This document shows, piece after piece, positions 16,523 to 25,566 of a stretch of DNA of 27,794 nucleotides; the stretch's first letter is position 1, and every line of letters starts with the position of its first letter. This DNA is from a virus. Taxonomy: Duplodnaviria > Caudoviricetes. Below the pieces are notes generated by a model. It did not search any database. It had not been told where the DNA came from and worked only from the letters and a program-made list of their open reading frames with translations. A program made the position numbers and the translations under genes. The DNA lies in IMG/VR virus record IMGVR_UViG_3300020176_000071, positions 1-27,794 of that record; one strand, written 5' to 3'.

Positions 16523-19296
16523 TGACTTGGACAAAAAGTGGTGCAACAATTACTCAGACTGGCACTGATACAGACCTTAGTGGATTAAATGGAATTTCGG
16601 GTGTAATCACAACTGCATTCAATAGTAATTTTACGATTTACGATTTGGGTTCAAATAGATTGGAAATCCAAGGCACTCTGACGCATGACCCCGATGTTGA
16701 GATGCTGGTATATAGTGCAACTGGGACTGATGCAACCACCCCAGTAATTGTAATAACAAGCACAGGAACATATAACTACGGAGTCGAGCGGACAGGGAGC
16801 GGAAATAGTGCTTACTCTAGCGGAGTAGGTCTAATGTGCGTGCGTGAGGACACAGGTGGTTCACGAGAATGGCGAGCAAATCAGAAGGGACTGATCCAAA
16901 ATAATAGTGGAACATTAAATTTAAAAGGTGGGGCAATCAGTAGTGCAAAACCGCTTGGTCTGGCAGGATTCAATGCTGATTCAACTGATGGTTCAAGCAC
17001 AATAAATGTTAAAAACACAAAGATATTCAGACCAAGCGGATTGGCATCGAGTGAGCGAAGAGAAATTAGGTTAGATGATGCTACGAACACTATATTGGGT
17101 TCGGTGGAGAATTTGATAGTGGATGGTTTTTTAATTACGCACAGAAACTTACCCGAAACTTTTTCGGTCACTTTGGTAAATGCTGCGATTGGTCAATTAG
17201 CAGGTGGCTCAAATTCCTCGGTGTTGCGAGACTTAGACACTTCGGGGAACATACGCTCAGATTACGATTTAGGCACGGATGATGATGCTACAGGTGCAAA
17301 ATTCTACACAGTAATAAACGCATCAGAAGGTTCTAATACTCGTTGTATGCCAAAGGAAGGCGTTGGTGGCAACAGGCAATTAGGTGGAGCAATTATACAA
17401 AAGGAGGTGTCTTTTAATGTTAAAAACTCAAGTGGGTCTGCCATCGATGGAGTGAAAGTTTACGCATCCGACACGGATAATTCGTACAGAAAAAATGCCA
17501 ACGGACAAGACCACACGGCAGACAAGGTTTACGAGTACACAACCGATGCAAACGGAGACACAGAGACTATAACAGTAACCACCGCAATCACCAATATTGA
17601 TAGTGAGGATAGTTCTACCACCCCAATCACTTACACCCGATGGGATACCGATTTTGGAACTAATAGGTACAAGGTGGACAGGAGAGGATTAGATGACAGT
17701 GGTGATGATATATTTATTTTCAAATTAATTGAGTATGGGAAATCCATTTCTACTACAAATCAAGCCCTTAAAGGATTGGGCGAACTCGGAGTCAATTGGG
17801 TGTTATTTGATGACCAACTTATTACTGACCCAAGAGTAATCACAGATGATTACACTGAAATTGATACACCAAAAAAATTTTACAACAGAGCAAAAGCATT
17901 TCTGGTAGATAACTACGCAGGGGAAACCCAGACAATTGTAACCAGAGACGGAAATACCATTGATGCAAAGGATTTTAATGTCGTTATTGATGCAAACGCA
18001 GATCCTGTGCTTCATGTGGAATATGGTGCTGCATCTGGCGATAGTTCTTATTCCTTAGATTTTGATAATTTTGGGACACAAATGCGTATTACTTTTACGC
18101 CAGAATTTGAGTTTTATGATGAGATAAAGAATGGAGTGTACCTAGATCTAAATAGTAACACAGATGTTGACGCAAGTGATTTTTATTTTGATCCTTTCTA
18201 TGAAGAGGTATACGGAAGGACTCGGCTAAACTTTAGGAAGCCTTCTGGCTCAAATGTAGGTAGGCTTTATAATATCGTTGCCAATGGCAATGGAACTGGG
18301 TGGCAGTGGGAAATACTTAGTGGGAGTAATCAAAATTATCTTATACAAGGTTCAATTGGTTATTTGGCTCTTACAGAAGGAGTCAATGAACTGAATGAGA
18401 TAGTGCCACCCCAAGACCCATCTACAATAACTATCAAGGCATCTACCTTTGTGGGAAATATTCAGACTACTGGAGATATTTCACTTTTAAATGGTGCAGA
18501 AGTAATAGGTACTTATGGTGAAAACACAGTTCTGCCTTGGAAAGTAACTAATGTGGAAGCAACTGCCACCCTGCAACTTTTCAATATTACCAAAAACCTA
18601 GAGGTAGAAAACTTAGTGGTTGCAGGTACTGCTGGAGATAAGGTGGAATCTTCTGGGACATATACAGGGCAGGAAGTAAGCGTTGGTGACAACATTCGTT
18701 TACGGATTACCTGCCAAGCAGGGACTGGTGCATTCCTGCCCTACGAGGCGTTTGGTGTTGCGACAAGTATAGGAATTAGTTTCGAGGCAGACCAGCAGCC
18801 AGATACAATCTATAATGAAAACGGCATAAATGCTGATAATCTGACTACCTTGTCCGCAGATTATCCGAATGTTCAGATCGACATTTCCGATGGTGATGGG
18901 ATCGCAGACGCAAGAGAGTTCTATGCATTCTATGTGAAGCAAACAACCACTTCTACTGGCATTGGGCAATGGTTTGGTGCAATTGATGCGATTGATCACA
19001 TGAACTATCGAGTGAATACTGCAATCGCTGACATCAAATTGCAGAACACTGGAAGTATTCCACTGGTTATTTCTGGAGCAAGAATATTCAGAGATGATGG
19101 CACTAGTGTTCTCCACGCAGATGTAGATGACCAACCAATGACGCAGGATAATGGTGAGTTGATACAGTACATAAAAGGACAGGTGAATGAGTCTTTGAAT
19201 GTGCAGTTACCTCCAGCAGTAGCTACAGCAATTAATGAAAACGCCACAATTAGTGGAATTGATAAAAACACAAAACTAATACCAGCACTATTATGA
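16522..19296 (+). CDS. Large tail spike / receptor-binding protein candidate (924 aa)
   Basis: Thr/Gly/Asn/Asp-rich, beta-strand pattern throughout, last gene of the fibre cluster, TAATG coupling. Confidence 0.65.
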   Translation: MTWTKSGATITQTGTDTDLSGLNGISGVITTAFNSNFTIYDLGSNRLEIQGTLTHDPDVEMLVYSATGTDATTPVIVITSTGTYNYGVERTGSGNSAYSSGVGLMCVREDTGGSREWRANQKGLIQNNSGTLNLKGGAISSAKPLGLAGFNADSTDGSSTINVKNTKIFRPSGLASSERREIRLDDATNTILGSVENLIVDGFLITHRNLPETFSVTLVNAAIGQLAGGSNSSVLRDLDTSGNIRSDYDLGTDDDATGAKFYTVINASEGSNTRCMPKEGVGGNRQLGGAIIQKEVSFNVKNSSGSAIDGVKVYASDTDNSYRKNANGQDHTADKVYEYTTDANGDTETITVTTAITNIDSEDSSTTPITYTRWDTDFGTNRYKVDRRGLDDSGDDIFIFKLIEYGKSISTTNQALKGLGELGVNWVLFDDQLITDPRVITDDYTEIDTPKKFYNRAKAFLVDNYAGETQTIVTRDGNTIDAKDFNVVIDANADPVLHVEYGAASGDSSYSLDFDNFGTQMRITFTPEFEFYDEIKNGVYLDLNSNTDVDASDFYFDPFYEEVYGRTRLNFRKPSGSNVGRLYNIVANGNGTGWQWEILSGSNQNYLIQGSIGYLALTEGVNELNEIVPPQDPSTITIKASTFVGNIQTTGDISLLNGAEVIGTYGENTVLPWKVTNVEATATLQLFNITKNLEVENLVVAGTAGDKVESSGTYTGQEVSVGDNIRLRITCQAGTGAFLPYEAFGVATSIGISFEADQQPDTIYNENGINADNLTTLSADYPNVQIDISDGDGIADAREFYAFYVKQTTTSTGIGQWFGAIDAIDHMNYRVNTAIADIKLQNTGSIPLVISGARIFRDDGTSVLHADVDDQPMTQDNGELIQYIKGQVNESLNVQLPPAVATAINENATISGIDKNTKLIPALL

Positions 19297-19652
19297 TTCC
19301 TAAAGTAGTAAAAGTAAGCACTGCAAGGGCGAAAGAGAAATACCTTAATACTGCAAAAGATGATCCACTCACCGCCCCCACTCATGTCATCTACAAGGGT
19401 GATGAGTTAGTAGGTAAGTGGAACTTAGCAGAAGTGCCTTTGGTGTTAGTGTGGCATCATGAGGAAAAGGTAAAGGCAAAGGACTCACTAATTCTGAACT
19501 CTCTGCAAGAGTCGATCATGAGTGAGAAGGGAATTAATGAGTACTACATAGTTGTTAACGACAGTTCACCTTACACGGAGCACTTGTCTCGGTTGGGGTT
19601 TGAGCCAATCCATACGACTAAAATCTACAAAAAGAAATTAAGGGTAGAATGA
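19293..19652 (+). CDS. GNAT-like protein, copy 1 (T7 gp13-like position)
   Basis: Pattern KGDELVG..., terminal HLSRLGF motif; immediately before the ejection genes. Confidence 0.55.
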   Translation: MIPKVVKVSTARAKEKYLNTAKDDPLTAPTHVIYKGDELVGKWNLAEVPLVLVWHHEEKVKAKDSLILNSLQESIMSEKGINEYYIVVNDSSPYTEHLSRLGFEPIHTTKIYKKKLRVE

Positions 19653-20026
19653 GCGTCCCAGTAGCAGTTAAATTAAAAACTCAAGGTGAGCGTGACTTAA
19701 TTTCTAAGCTTGCGAAGGAAGATAATGACAACATGAACATACCCACTCATGCCATTCTTAAGGGCGATGAGATTGTGGGGGGCATGAACTTATGTGAAGT
19801 GCCTATGGTTTTGTGTTGGCATCACTCAAAGAAAGTGACAGCGAAGGACAGCCTTATTTTAAATGCATTGCAGGAGAGTATGCTCTCACAGATTGGAGTC
19901 CAGCAAAGTTACATAGCTTGCAATAGTCATTCGCCCTACTTTGAGCATATGCACAGGTTCGGGCATAAGCCTGTATGGGCAACTAATTTGTTTTTTAAAG
20001 ACTTGAAGAAAATAGGAGGAATTTAA
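19649..20026 (+). CDS. GNAT-like protein, copy 2
   Basis: Clear paralogue of copy 1 (PTH.I.KGDE.VG..NL.EVP.VL.WHH..KV.AKDSLILN.LQES). Confidence 0.55.
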   Translation: MSVPVAVKLKTQGERDLISKLAKEDNDNMNIPTHAILKGDEIVGGMNLCEVPMVLCWHHSKKVTAKDSLILNALQESMLSQIGVQQSYIACNSHSPYFEHMHRFGHKPVWATNLFFKDLKKIGGI

Positions 20027-20027
20027 T

Positions 20028-23000
20028 ATGTGCGGAAGTGACACAACAATAGTACAACAAGCCCCAGAAAAAGTTAATTATGGGGAAGCAATGCGTGAAG
20101 GATTGGAGGCACAAATTGAGCTCGCACCAGACCTATACGCAGCAGAAGCAGATCCGTCATACGGCAGGAAAGCATACGCGCGACTGAACCAAGAAGTCGC
20201 AATGGATACCCTGCTGGGCGAGGAAGCATCGTATGACGATGAAGGAAGAATAATAGAAGGATATGAACAGGCACAGACTGGCAATGAGGCTTATGAAATA
20301 AAACAGCGTAATGTCAAAAAAGGTGACAGCGGATTTAGGTATACTTCAACCTTAGAGCTTATCGACAAAAAGACAGGAAATGTTGTAAAATCTAATTCTT
20401 TTGATTTTGAAACTGAAAAGGGACAAACAGTAAATCCTACTGGTGGAGACTTAACTGGCAACGGAAAACTCGGTAGCCCCAGTAATAAAACAGCAAAATA
20501 TCAACAACTAAGAAATTCTGCACTTGGTTCATTTGGAGATGTTCTAGGAGAAGAGGGTGTTAAAAATGCACAGAATGCAAAGTACCTTGATGCTGTTTCA
20601 TTTAGCCCTACAGGTGAGGCTATAGAAAAAACTCCAATCTATAGGAAAGATGTTGGTGGAAATATTATAACAGATCCATCAAAGGCAGGACAGACTACTA
20701 GGTCTGGTGGCGGTCTAGTCGATGTGTATGCTGGCACAGAAACTTTTGATTTTAAAGATAAAGACGGAAATACTGTAAAGCGTAGGGCTGGCTTTGATGA
20801 GGATGGAAACTTTCAGGGGTTAAGTAAGCTTGCCAATGACCTACAGACAACGACAAATGACACAAGAGTCCAAGGCGAGCTTCAGTTAATAGAGGAATAC
20901 GGAAATAAGTTTACAGAAGAGTACCGCAAACAGGGAGATATTCAGGGTGCACTTGATAAAGTTACCAAGTTAAATGATCAGTCTGCCATTCCCTCACAAA
21001 AGTTAGATTCTCAAGGCAATAGGCTTAGTAATCTGGCTCAATCATTTGGAAGCGGTCAGCAAATATCTAGCGTTTATGGAAACAGGCAGAATGCTCAGCA
21101 AGGTCAGCAGCAACAGCAACAGCAACAGGATCAGCAGCCTTCGTCGCTTAGACAGCAAAAAGGCGAGGGTCAGAACCCACAGGCAGGAGACTTAACTGGT
21201 CAGGGTAAAGGGCAAACTGGGCAACAGGATCAGCAGCCTTCGTCATTGAGCCAACAGAAAGGTGATAACCGAAACCCACAGGCAGGAGACTTAACTGGTC
21301 AGGGTGAGAGTTCAGGAGCTGGAGCAATGGGTGCAGTGGGAGCTGGAGCGATAGGTGCAGTCCTAGGAGGCGCAGGAAGCTTTGGAGGCGCAGGAGGCTC
21401 AGGAGGCTCAGGAGGTAAGGGTCAAAACCCTAATCCGACAAGTGGTGATTTAACTGGTCAGGAAATAGCTGAGCAAGCTCAGTCAGTGGGGCGCAGGGTT
21501 GCGTACAATGAAAAGTTTGATGACTCTAAAAGCATGAACCAGACTGGTGTTGCTGAGAGGGCATCGTCCCTTAAAGGCAAACTTGAGGAACAAGTAGCAC
21601 TTAAACCAGACCTGAATAATTATGGCGGTGAAAACACTCAGGGCATTAATGAGACAGGTGGAGACCTGTCTGGTAATGGTAAGGGAAATTTACAGAATAT
21701 AAATCAGACTGGCGGTGATCTATCTGGCAAAGGTAAAGGAAACACTCAAAGTATTAATGAGACAGGTGGAGATCTATCTGGTAAGGGTAAGGGAAATTCA
21801 GCAAGCATTAATGAGACAGGTGGAGACCTGTCTGGTAAAGGTAAGGGAAATACCCAGAGCATTAATCAGGCAGGAGGTGATCTGACTGGCAATGGTAAGG
21901 GAAATTTACAGAATATAAATCAGACTGGTGGAGACTTGTCTGGTCAGGGCAAGGGAAACACAGCAAGCATTAATGAGCAAGTAGGAGGGGGTCAAGCCGA
22001 GCTGCAACAGATGGGAGCTGCACAAGCAGCACCACAAGCAGCACCACAAGCAGCACCACAAGAATCAACACAGCCAGCAATGCTAACAGATCAGCAGGGT
22101 GTAGGCATGGCTCAGGCTGGCATGGCAGGGCGTGATGTTGATGCCATGGAAGTCGGTAACCTTAGTGGTCTCAGGTCTGGCTTGAATGAACAGGCAGCAA
22201 GTGAGCTTGCAGCAGGAGGTGACCTGACCGAAAGAGAACTAAGGGCAGCACAGCAGCAAGCAAGGGCTGCTAGTACCGCACGAGGCAGGACTCGTGACAC
22301 CGCTGGAGTCCTAGATGAATTACGAAACAATGAAATGTTTGCGAACCAGAGACTCAGGGAAAGACAAGCCTTCGCACAAGGAGTTTCAGGGCAGGAGGCA
22401 CAGCTTAGGGGCATGGATATCAATAGCTCGATGCAAGCCCAGATGTCTAATCAGGCAGCTGACTTAAATCTAGGTGCACGACAGGGTGCAGCATCAGCAC
22501 AGAACCAACAGTCCCAGCTTGCCTTAACTCAAATGGATCAGGCATCTCAGGCAGCTAACCAATCGAATGAATTGGCGAGGCAACAAATGCTGCTTGGTGC
22601 TACGGAGAAAGATATTGACCGAGGCATACAAGTCGGTCAAATCAATCAAGCATTTGAGCAGAGCGGTCTGCAAATGGATCGGGCATCAGCAGCTCAACGA
22701 GTGGGACTGGAGCAAGCAACATCAGCAGACCCAATGCAAGCAATCACAGGAAGACCTTCGGGTGCTGGTGTTGTTGGGGCTGGAAACCTTTACGGAAATG
22801 CAGCACAGAATGTTCAGACTCCGATGATGTATAACCCAGCGCAGGGTGCAGAGTTTATAGCTAATCAGGCAGCAGGAATAAACTCGTATAATGCTGCTAT
22901 GGCAAGTGCTCAGGCAACTGCGTCAGCTGGTAAGTCTTCCATGTGGGGTAGCATTCTTGGTGGTGTAGCTACAGGTGCTGGAATGGCATATGCGTGCTGG

Positions 23001-23198
23001 GTTGCTAGGGAAGTGTTTGGTATGTTTGATCTTCGTTGGATACAGTTCCGCACATGGATGATGCTGGACTCACCATCTTGGTTTCGAAAGCTTTACATGA
23101 GGCATGGTGAAAAGTTTGCCGAGTGGGTGAAGGACAAGCCATGGTTGAAGAAAATTATTAAGTCATGGATGCTGACAAAAATTAAAAAGGATTCCTAA
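20028..23198 (+). CDS. Internal virion/ejection protein 1 (pilot-like), repeat-expanded
   Basis: AGGAGG SD; MCG start reminiscent of T7 gp14-type proteins; Gln/Ala/Gly-rich coiled coil; late Gly-rich hydrophobic segment and a terminal CWVAREV domain. Confidence 0.75.
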   Translation: MCGSDTTIVQQAPEKVNYGEAMREGLEAQIELAPDLYAAEADPSYGRKAYARLNQEVAMDTLLGEEASYDDEGRIIEGYEQAQTGNEAYEIKQRNVKKGDSGFRYTSTLELIDKKTGNVVKSNSFDFETEKGQTVNPTGGDLTGNGKLGSPSNKTAKYQQLRNSALGSFGDVLGEEGVKNAQNAKYLDAVSFSPTGEAIEKTPIYRKDVGGNIITDPSKAGQTTRSGGGLVDVYAGTETFDFKDKDGNTVKRRAGFDEDGNFQGLSKLANDLQTTTNDTRVQGELQLIEEYGNKFTEEYRKQGDIQGALDKVTKLNDQSAIPSQKLDSQGNRLSNLAQSFGSGQQISSVYGNRQNAQQGQQQQQQQQDQQPSSLRQQKGEGQNPQAGDLTGQGKGQTGQQDQQPSSLSQQKGDNRNPQAGDLTGQGESSGAGAMGAVGAGAIGAVLGGAGSFGGAGGSGGSGGKGQNPNPTSGDLTGQEIAEQAQSVGRRVAYNEKFDDSKSMNQTGVAERASSLKGKLEEQVALKPDLNNYGGENTQGINETGGDLSGNGKGNLQNINQTGGDLSGKGKGNTQSINETGGDLSGKGKGNSASINETGGDLSGKGKGNTQSINQAGGDLTGNGKGNLQNINQTGGDLSGQGKGNTASINEQVGGGQAELQQMGAAQAAPQAAPQAAPQESTQPAMLTDQQGVGMAQAGMAGRDVDAMEVGNLSGLRSGLNEQAASELAAGGDLTERELRAAQQQARAASTARGRTRDTAGVLDELRNNEMFANQRLRERQAFAQGVSGQEAQLRGMDINSSMQAQMSNQAADLNLGARQGAASAQNQQSQLALTQMDQASQAANQSNELARQQMLLGATEKDIDRGIQVGQINQAFEQSGLQMDRASAAQRVGLEQATSADPMQAITGRPSGAGVVGAGNLYGNAAQNVQTPMMYNPAQGAEFIANQAAGINSYNAAMASAQATASAGKSSMWGSILGGVATGAGMAYACWVAREVFGMFDLRWIQFRTWMMLDSPSWFRKLYMRHGEKFAEWVKDKPWLKKIIKSWMLTKIKKDS
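21122..21305 (+). repeat. Two-copy direct repeat, 99-nt period
   Basis: gcaacaggatcagcagccttcgtc...aacccacaggcaggagacttaactggtcagggt starts at 21122 and 21221; encodes QQDQQPSSL.QQKG...NPQAGDLTGQG. Confidence 0.9.
21632..21976 (+). repeat. Coding tandem repeat, 54-nt (18-aa) unit, 6 copies plus a partial
   Basis: Consensus GNTQSINETGGDLSGKGK; copies differ largely at synonymous sites. Confidence 0.93.
22021..22062 (+). repeat. Perfect 12-nt tandem repeat, 3.5 copies (AAPQ)
   Basis: cacaagcagcac x3 plus cacaag. Confidence 0.9.
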
Positions 23199-25564
23199 TG
23201 AACTCACCTTACTTTTCTGACATAAATGTACAACAGGCAGACTACTCTTCAATAGCAAGGGCAGGGGAAACAATAGGCAATATGTATGCCCAGACAGGGC
23301 AGAACATAGGGAAAGCTCTATCAAGCGTAATTGGCAATGTTGGTAGTACTTACTTTGAAAATAAAAAGTTGGAGCGCACCCTAGAGACACACCTGAAAAC
23401 TAAGCAGGGACAAAAGGAACTTCAGTTTAAGTTTGGATACACTCCTGAGCAAGTGAATGGTATGCTAGAAAAAGGCACTCTAAATAAAGAGATCAAGTCT
23501 TGGTACAAAGAAATTGGCATCGATAATATACGAGCTCAAGTGCAGGACGAGATGAAGCTGGAAATGGCTCAACAGAAGCATCAGCTTGCTATGGGAAATC
23601 TAAGTCAGGAACAGAAGAAAAACTCTCTGCTGATAAGTGAGATCGAGCAAAGAAATGAACTGCAAGAAAGTCAAAATAAATACCTGCAATTCCTTCATGA
23701 GCCTGATGAGAATGGGAAGAAGCGTTTAGATAGCTTAGACCCTGCTCAGGGTTTCTTAAAGAATGGAGAAGAGTTTAACCCTACTGACCTACAAGCAGTC
23801 CAGAGTATAAATAAGTCAATGGGGCTGGGTGCATATAGTCCTGCAATGCTTACCTCTATAGTTAACTCATTTAAGAAAAAAGATGAGGGCGGTACTGGGG
23901 AAATATTAAATGGTGTGAACTTTAAGAGCCGTACAGACTTTGAAGAAAGCTGGTCAAAATTCACCGCTGAAAACCCCAGACTTCCAAGGGAGCAATTAGC
24001 AGCAGCACGAGCACGAGCAGAAAAACTTATCGTACCAGAGGGAGGTGTTCGAAAGATTATTGATAATGCTGTAGCTAAGTCTGGCTTTGGTAGCTTTATA
24101 GAGACCATGAAGGCGCAAGTTGGTGACATGGGCAATTTTAAGCAGATGCTGGATGAGTCTCTTCAAGGAGTTGAGTTTGATCAGGACGGAAACATTACTG
24201 CCTACAATGTTAAAAACCCTGTAGCTGCATCAGTAGCATTAATTAAATTAGCAAAAACAGCACAGGGGGCTGGGGTGTTAAGTAATCAAGATGTAGATCG
24301 AGTAAAAGGCAGTGCTCGATACAGTGACCAGTTTAAAAGATTTTTTGATAAAGCCTTTGGCGAGAATGTAGAAGTCACCAAAGAGATGTGGGAGAATGGT
24401 TATAAAAATGCCATTAACCCAGAAACAGGATTGAAGTTTAAAATCGGAGACGATGCAGTGTTTGGGGGTGGAGCTCTCAATGCTGCTGACCTCTTAATGT
24501 TTAAAGATATAGCAGCAAAATTAGATCTTAGAAGTAGGGAGTTAACAGATGAAATAATTCCACAGGTCTATGAGGAAGTCCGTGCTACCTATGGTGGGCT
24601 GACCACAAATGAAATACATGAGTTTTCTGATCTTGATATGTATAAGCCTACTGGGTTTAAGACAGAAGAGCAGAAAATGGCAGGGGTTACTTCTGCCAAT
24701 GTCAACTCAGCTATAAACGGACTGGTGCAAGGAAAAAGTCGGGCAGCCATTGAGAAAATAGTAAGGAATGGGGCTGGCTTTGATCCGAGCACTGGAGACG
24801 AGATAAACCTTAAGATGACAATGGACGAAGCGGAAAGGCAGTTCAATGATCTTAAGCAAAATGGCAACCAGCCTATTGCTGCATCGACACCTGTAAATAT
24901 ACCCAAGCAAAAAGCCTATACTGTAGATCCTAAAAATTTAAGTAATCTTAATGATGGTGGCTCAATGGTTGCATCTGCCTCTGGTGTTACCTCTGGGCTG
25001 GCTGGTAGCAAGGCAACCTACAATAAAATGTCAGCTGGCAAAACAGCCCAGCAATCTTTTGACAAAAATTTTCCAAAGGCAGCCACTAAGATTACACAGA
25101 TGAGAACTGCGGTAGAGTCTGGTAGCTTGGACGATGTTAAGAATGTTGCCAAGAACTACAACATTGACGCAAATAAGTACCGAGGAAATGAAAAGGCTTT
25201 TAGGTCAAGAGTAAGGTCAAAACTTAATTCGGAAGTAAAGAGAAAAGTAGCAAGGTGGGCAGGGGAACAAGGATTTAAGAGTACACTGAAAAAAGGAATC
25301 GCAACAGCAATCGGTGGGGCTTTGACTGGGGGTGTTGGTTTTGCAATGGGCTCGGTTGCTTACGATCTTATTTCACTAGCGGAATCTGAGGAACAGGTAA
25401 CAAAAGAGACCTATGATGAAATGCTTGCTAATGCTAAAACAGAAGATGAAAGAAAACTGGTTAAGCAGATGAGAGACCAGTATCTGGGCAACTTGAAAAA
25501 GTCTAAGCCAAGGTTTGAGGGTGGGCAGTATAAGGGCATTGGGTCTAGTTATTTCGGGAGATAG
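23198..25564 (+). CDS. Internal virion/ejection protein 2
   Basis: 788 aa, helical, TAATG-coupled. ALIKLAK...GVLSNQDVDR resembles motifs of podovirus DNA-transfer proteins; Gly-rich hydrophobic segment near the C-terminus. Confidence 0.65.
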   Translation: MNSPYFSDINVQQADYSSIARAGETIGNMYAQTGQNIGKALSSVIGNVGSTYFENKKLERTLETHLKTKQGQKELQFKFGYTPEQVNGMLEKGTLNKEIKSWYKEIGIDNIRAQVQDEMKLEMAQQKHQLAMGNLSQEQKKNSLLISEIEQRNELQESQNKYLQFLHEPDENGKKRLDSLDPAQGFLKNGEEFNPTDLQAVQSINKSMGLGAYSPAMLTSIVNSFKKKDEGGTGEILNGVNFKSRTDFEESWSKFTAENPRLPREQLAAARARAEKLIVPEGGVRKIIDNAVAKSGFGSFIETMKAQVGDMGNFKQMLDESLQGVEFDQDGNITAYNVKNPVAASVALIKLAKTAQGAGVLSNQDVDRVKGSARYSDQFKRFFDKAFGENVEVTKEMWENGYKNAINPETGLKFKIGDDAVFGGGALNAADLLMFKDIAAKLDLRSRELTDEIIPQVYEEVRATYGGLTTNEIHEFSDLDMYKPTGFKTEEQKMAGVTSANVNSAINGLVQGKSRAAIEKIVRNGAGFDPSTGDEINLKMTMDEAERQFNDLKQNGNQPIAASTPVNIPKQKAYTVDPKNLSNLNDGGSMVASASGVTSGLAGSKATYNKMSAGKTAQQSFDKNFPKAATKITQMRTAVESGSLDDVKNVAKNYNIDANKYRGNEKAFRSRVRSKLNSEVKRKVARWAGEQGFKSTLKKGIATAIGGALTGGVGFAMGSVAYDLISLAESEEQVTKETYDEMLANAKTEDERKLVKQMRDQYLGNLKKSKPRFEGGQYKGIGSSYFGR

Positions 25565-25566
25565 TT

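Noticed and set aside
21632-21976. 54-nt repeat as a CRISPR array
   Set aside because: Units are contiguous, in frame, vary at synonymous sites and have no unique spacers.
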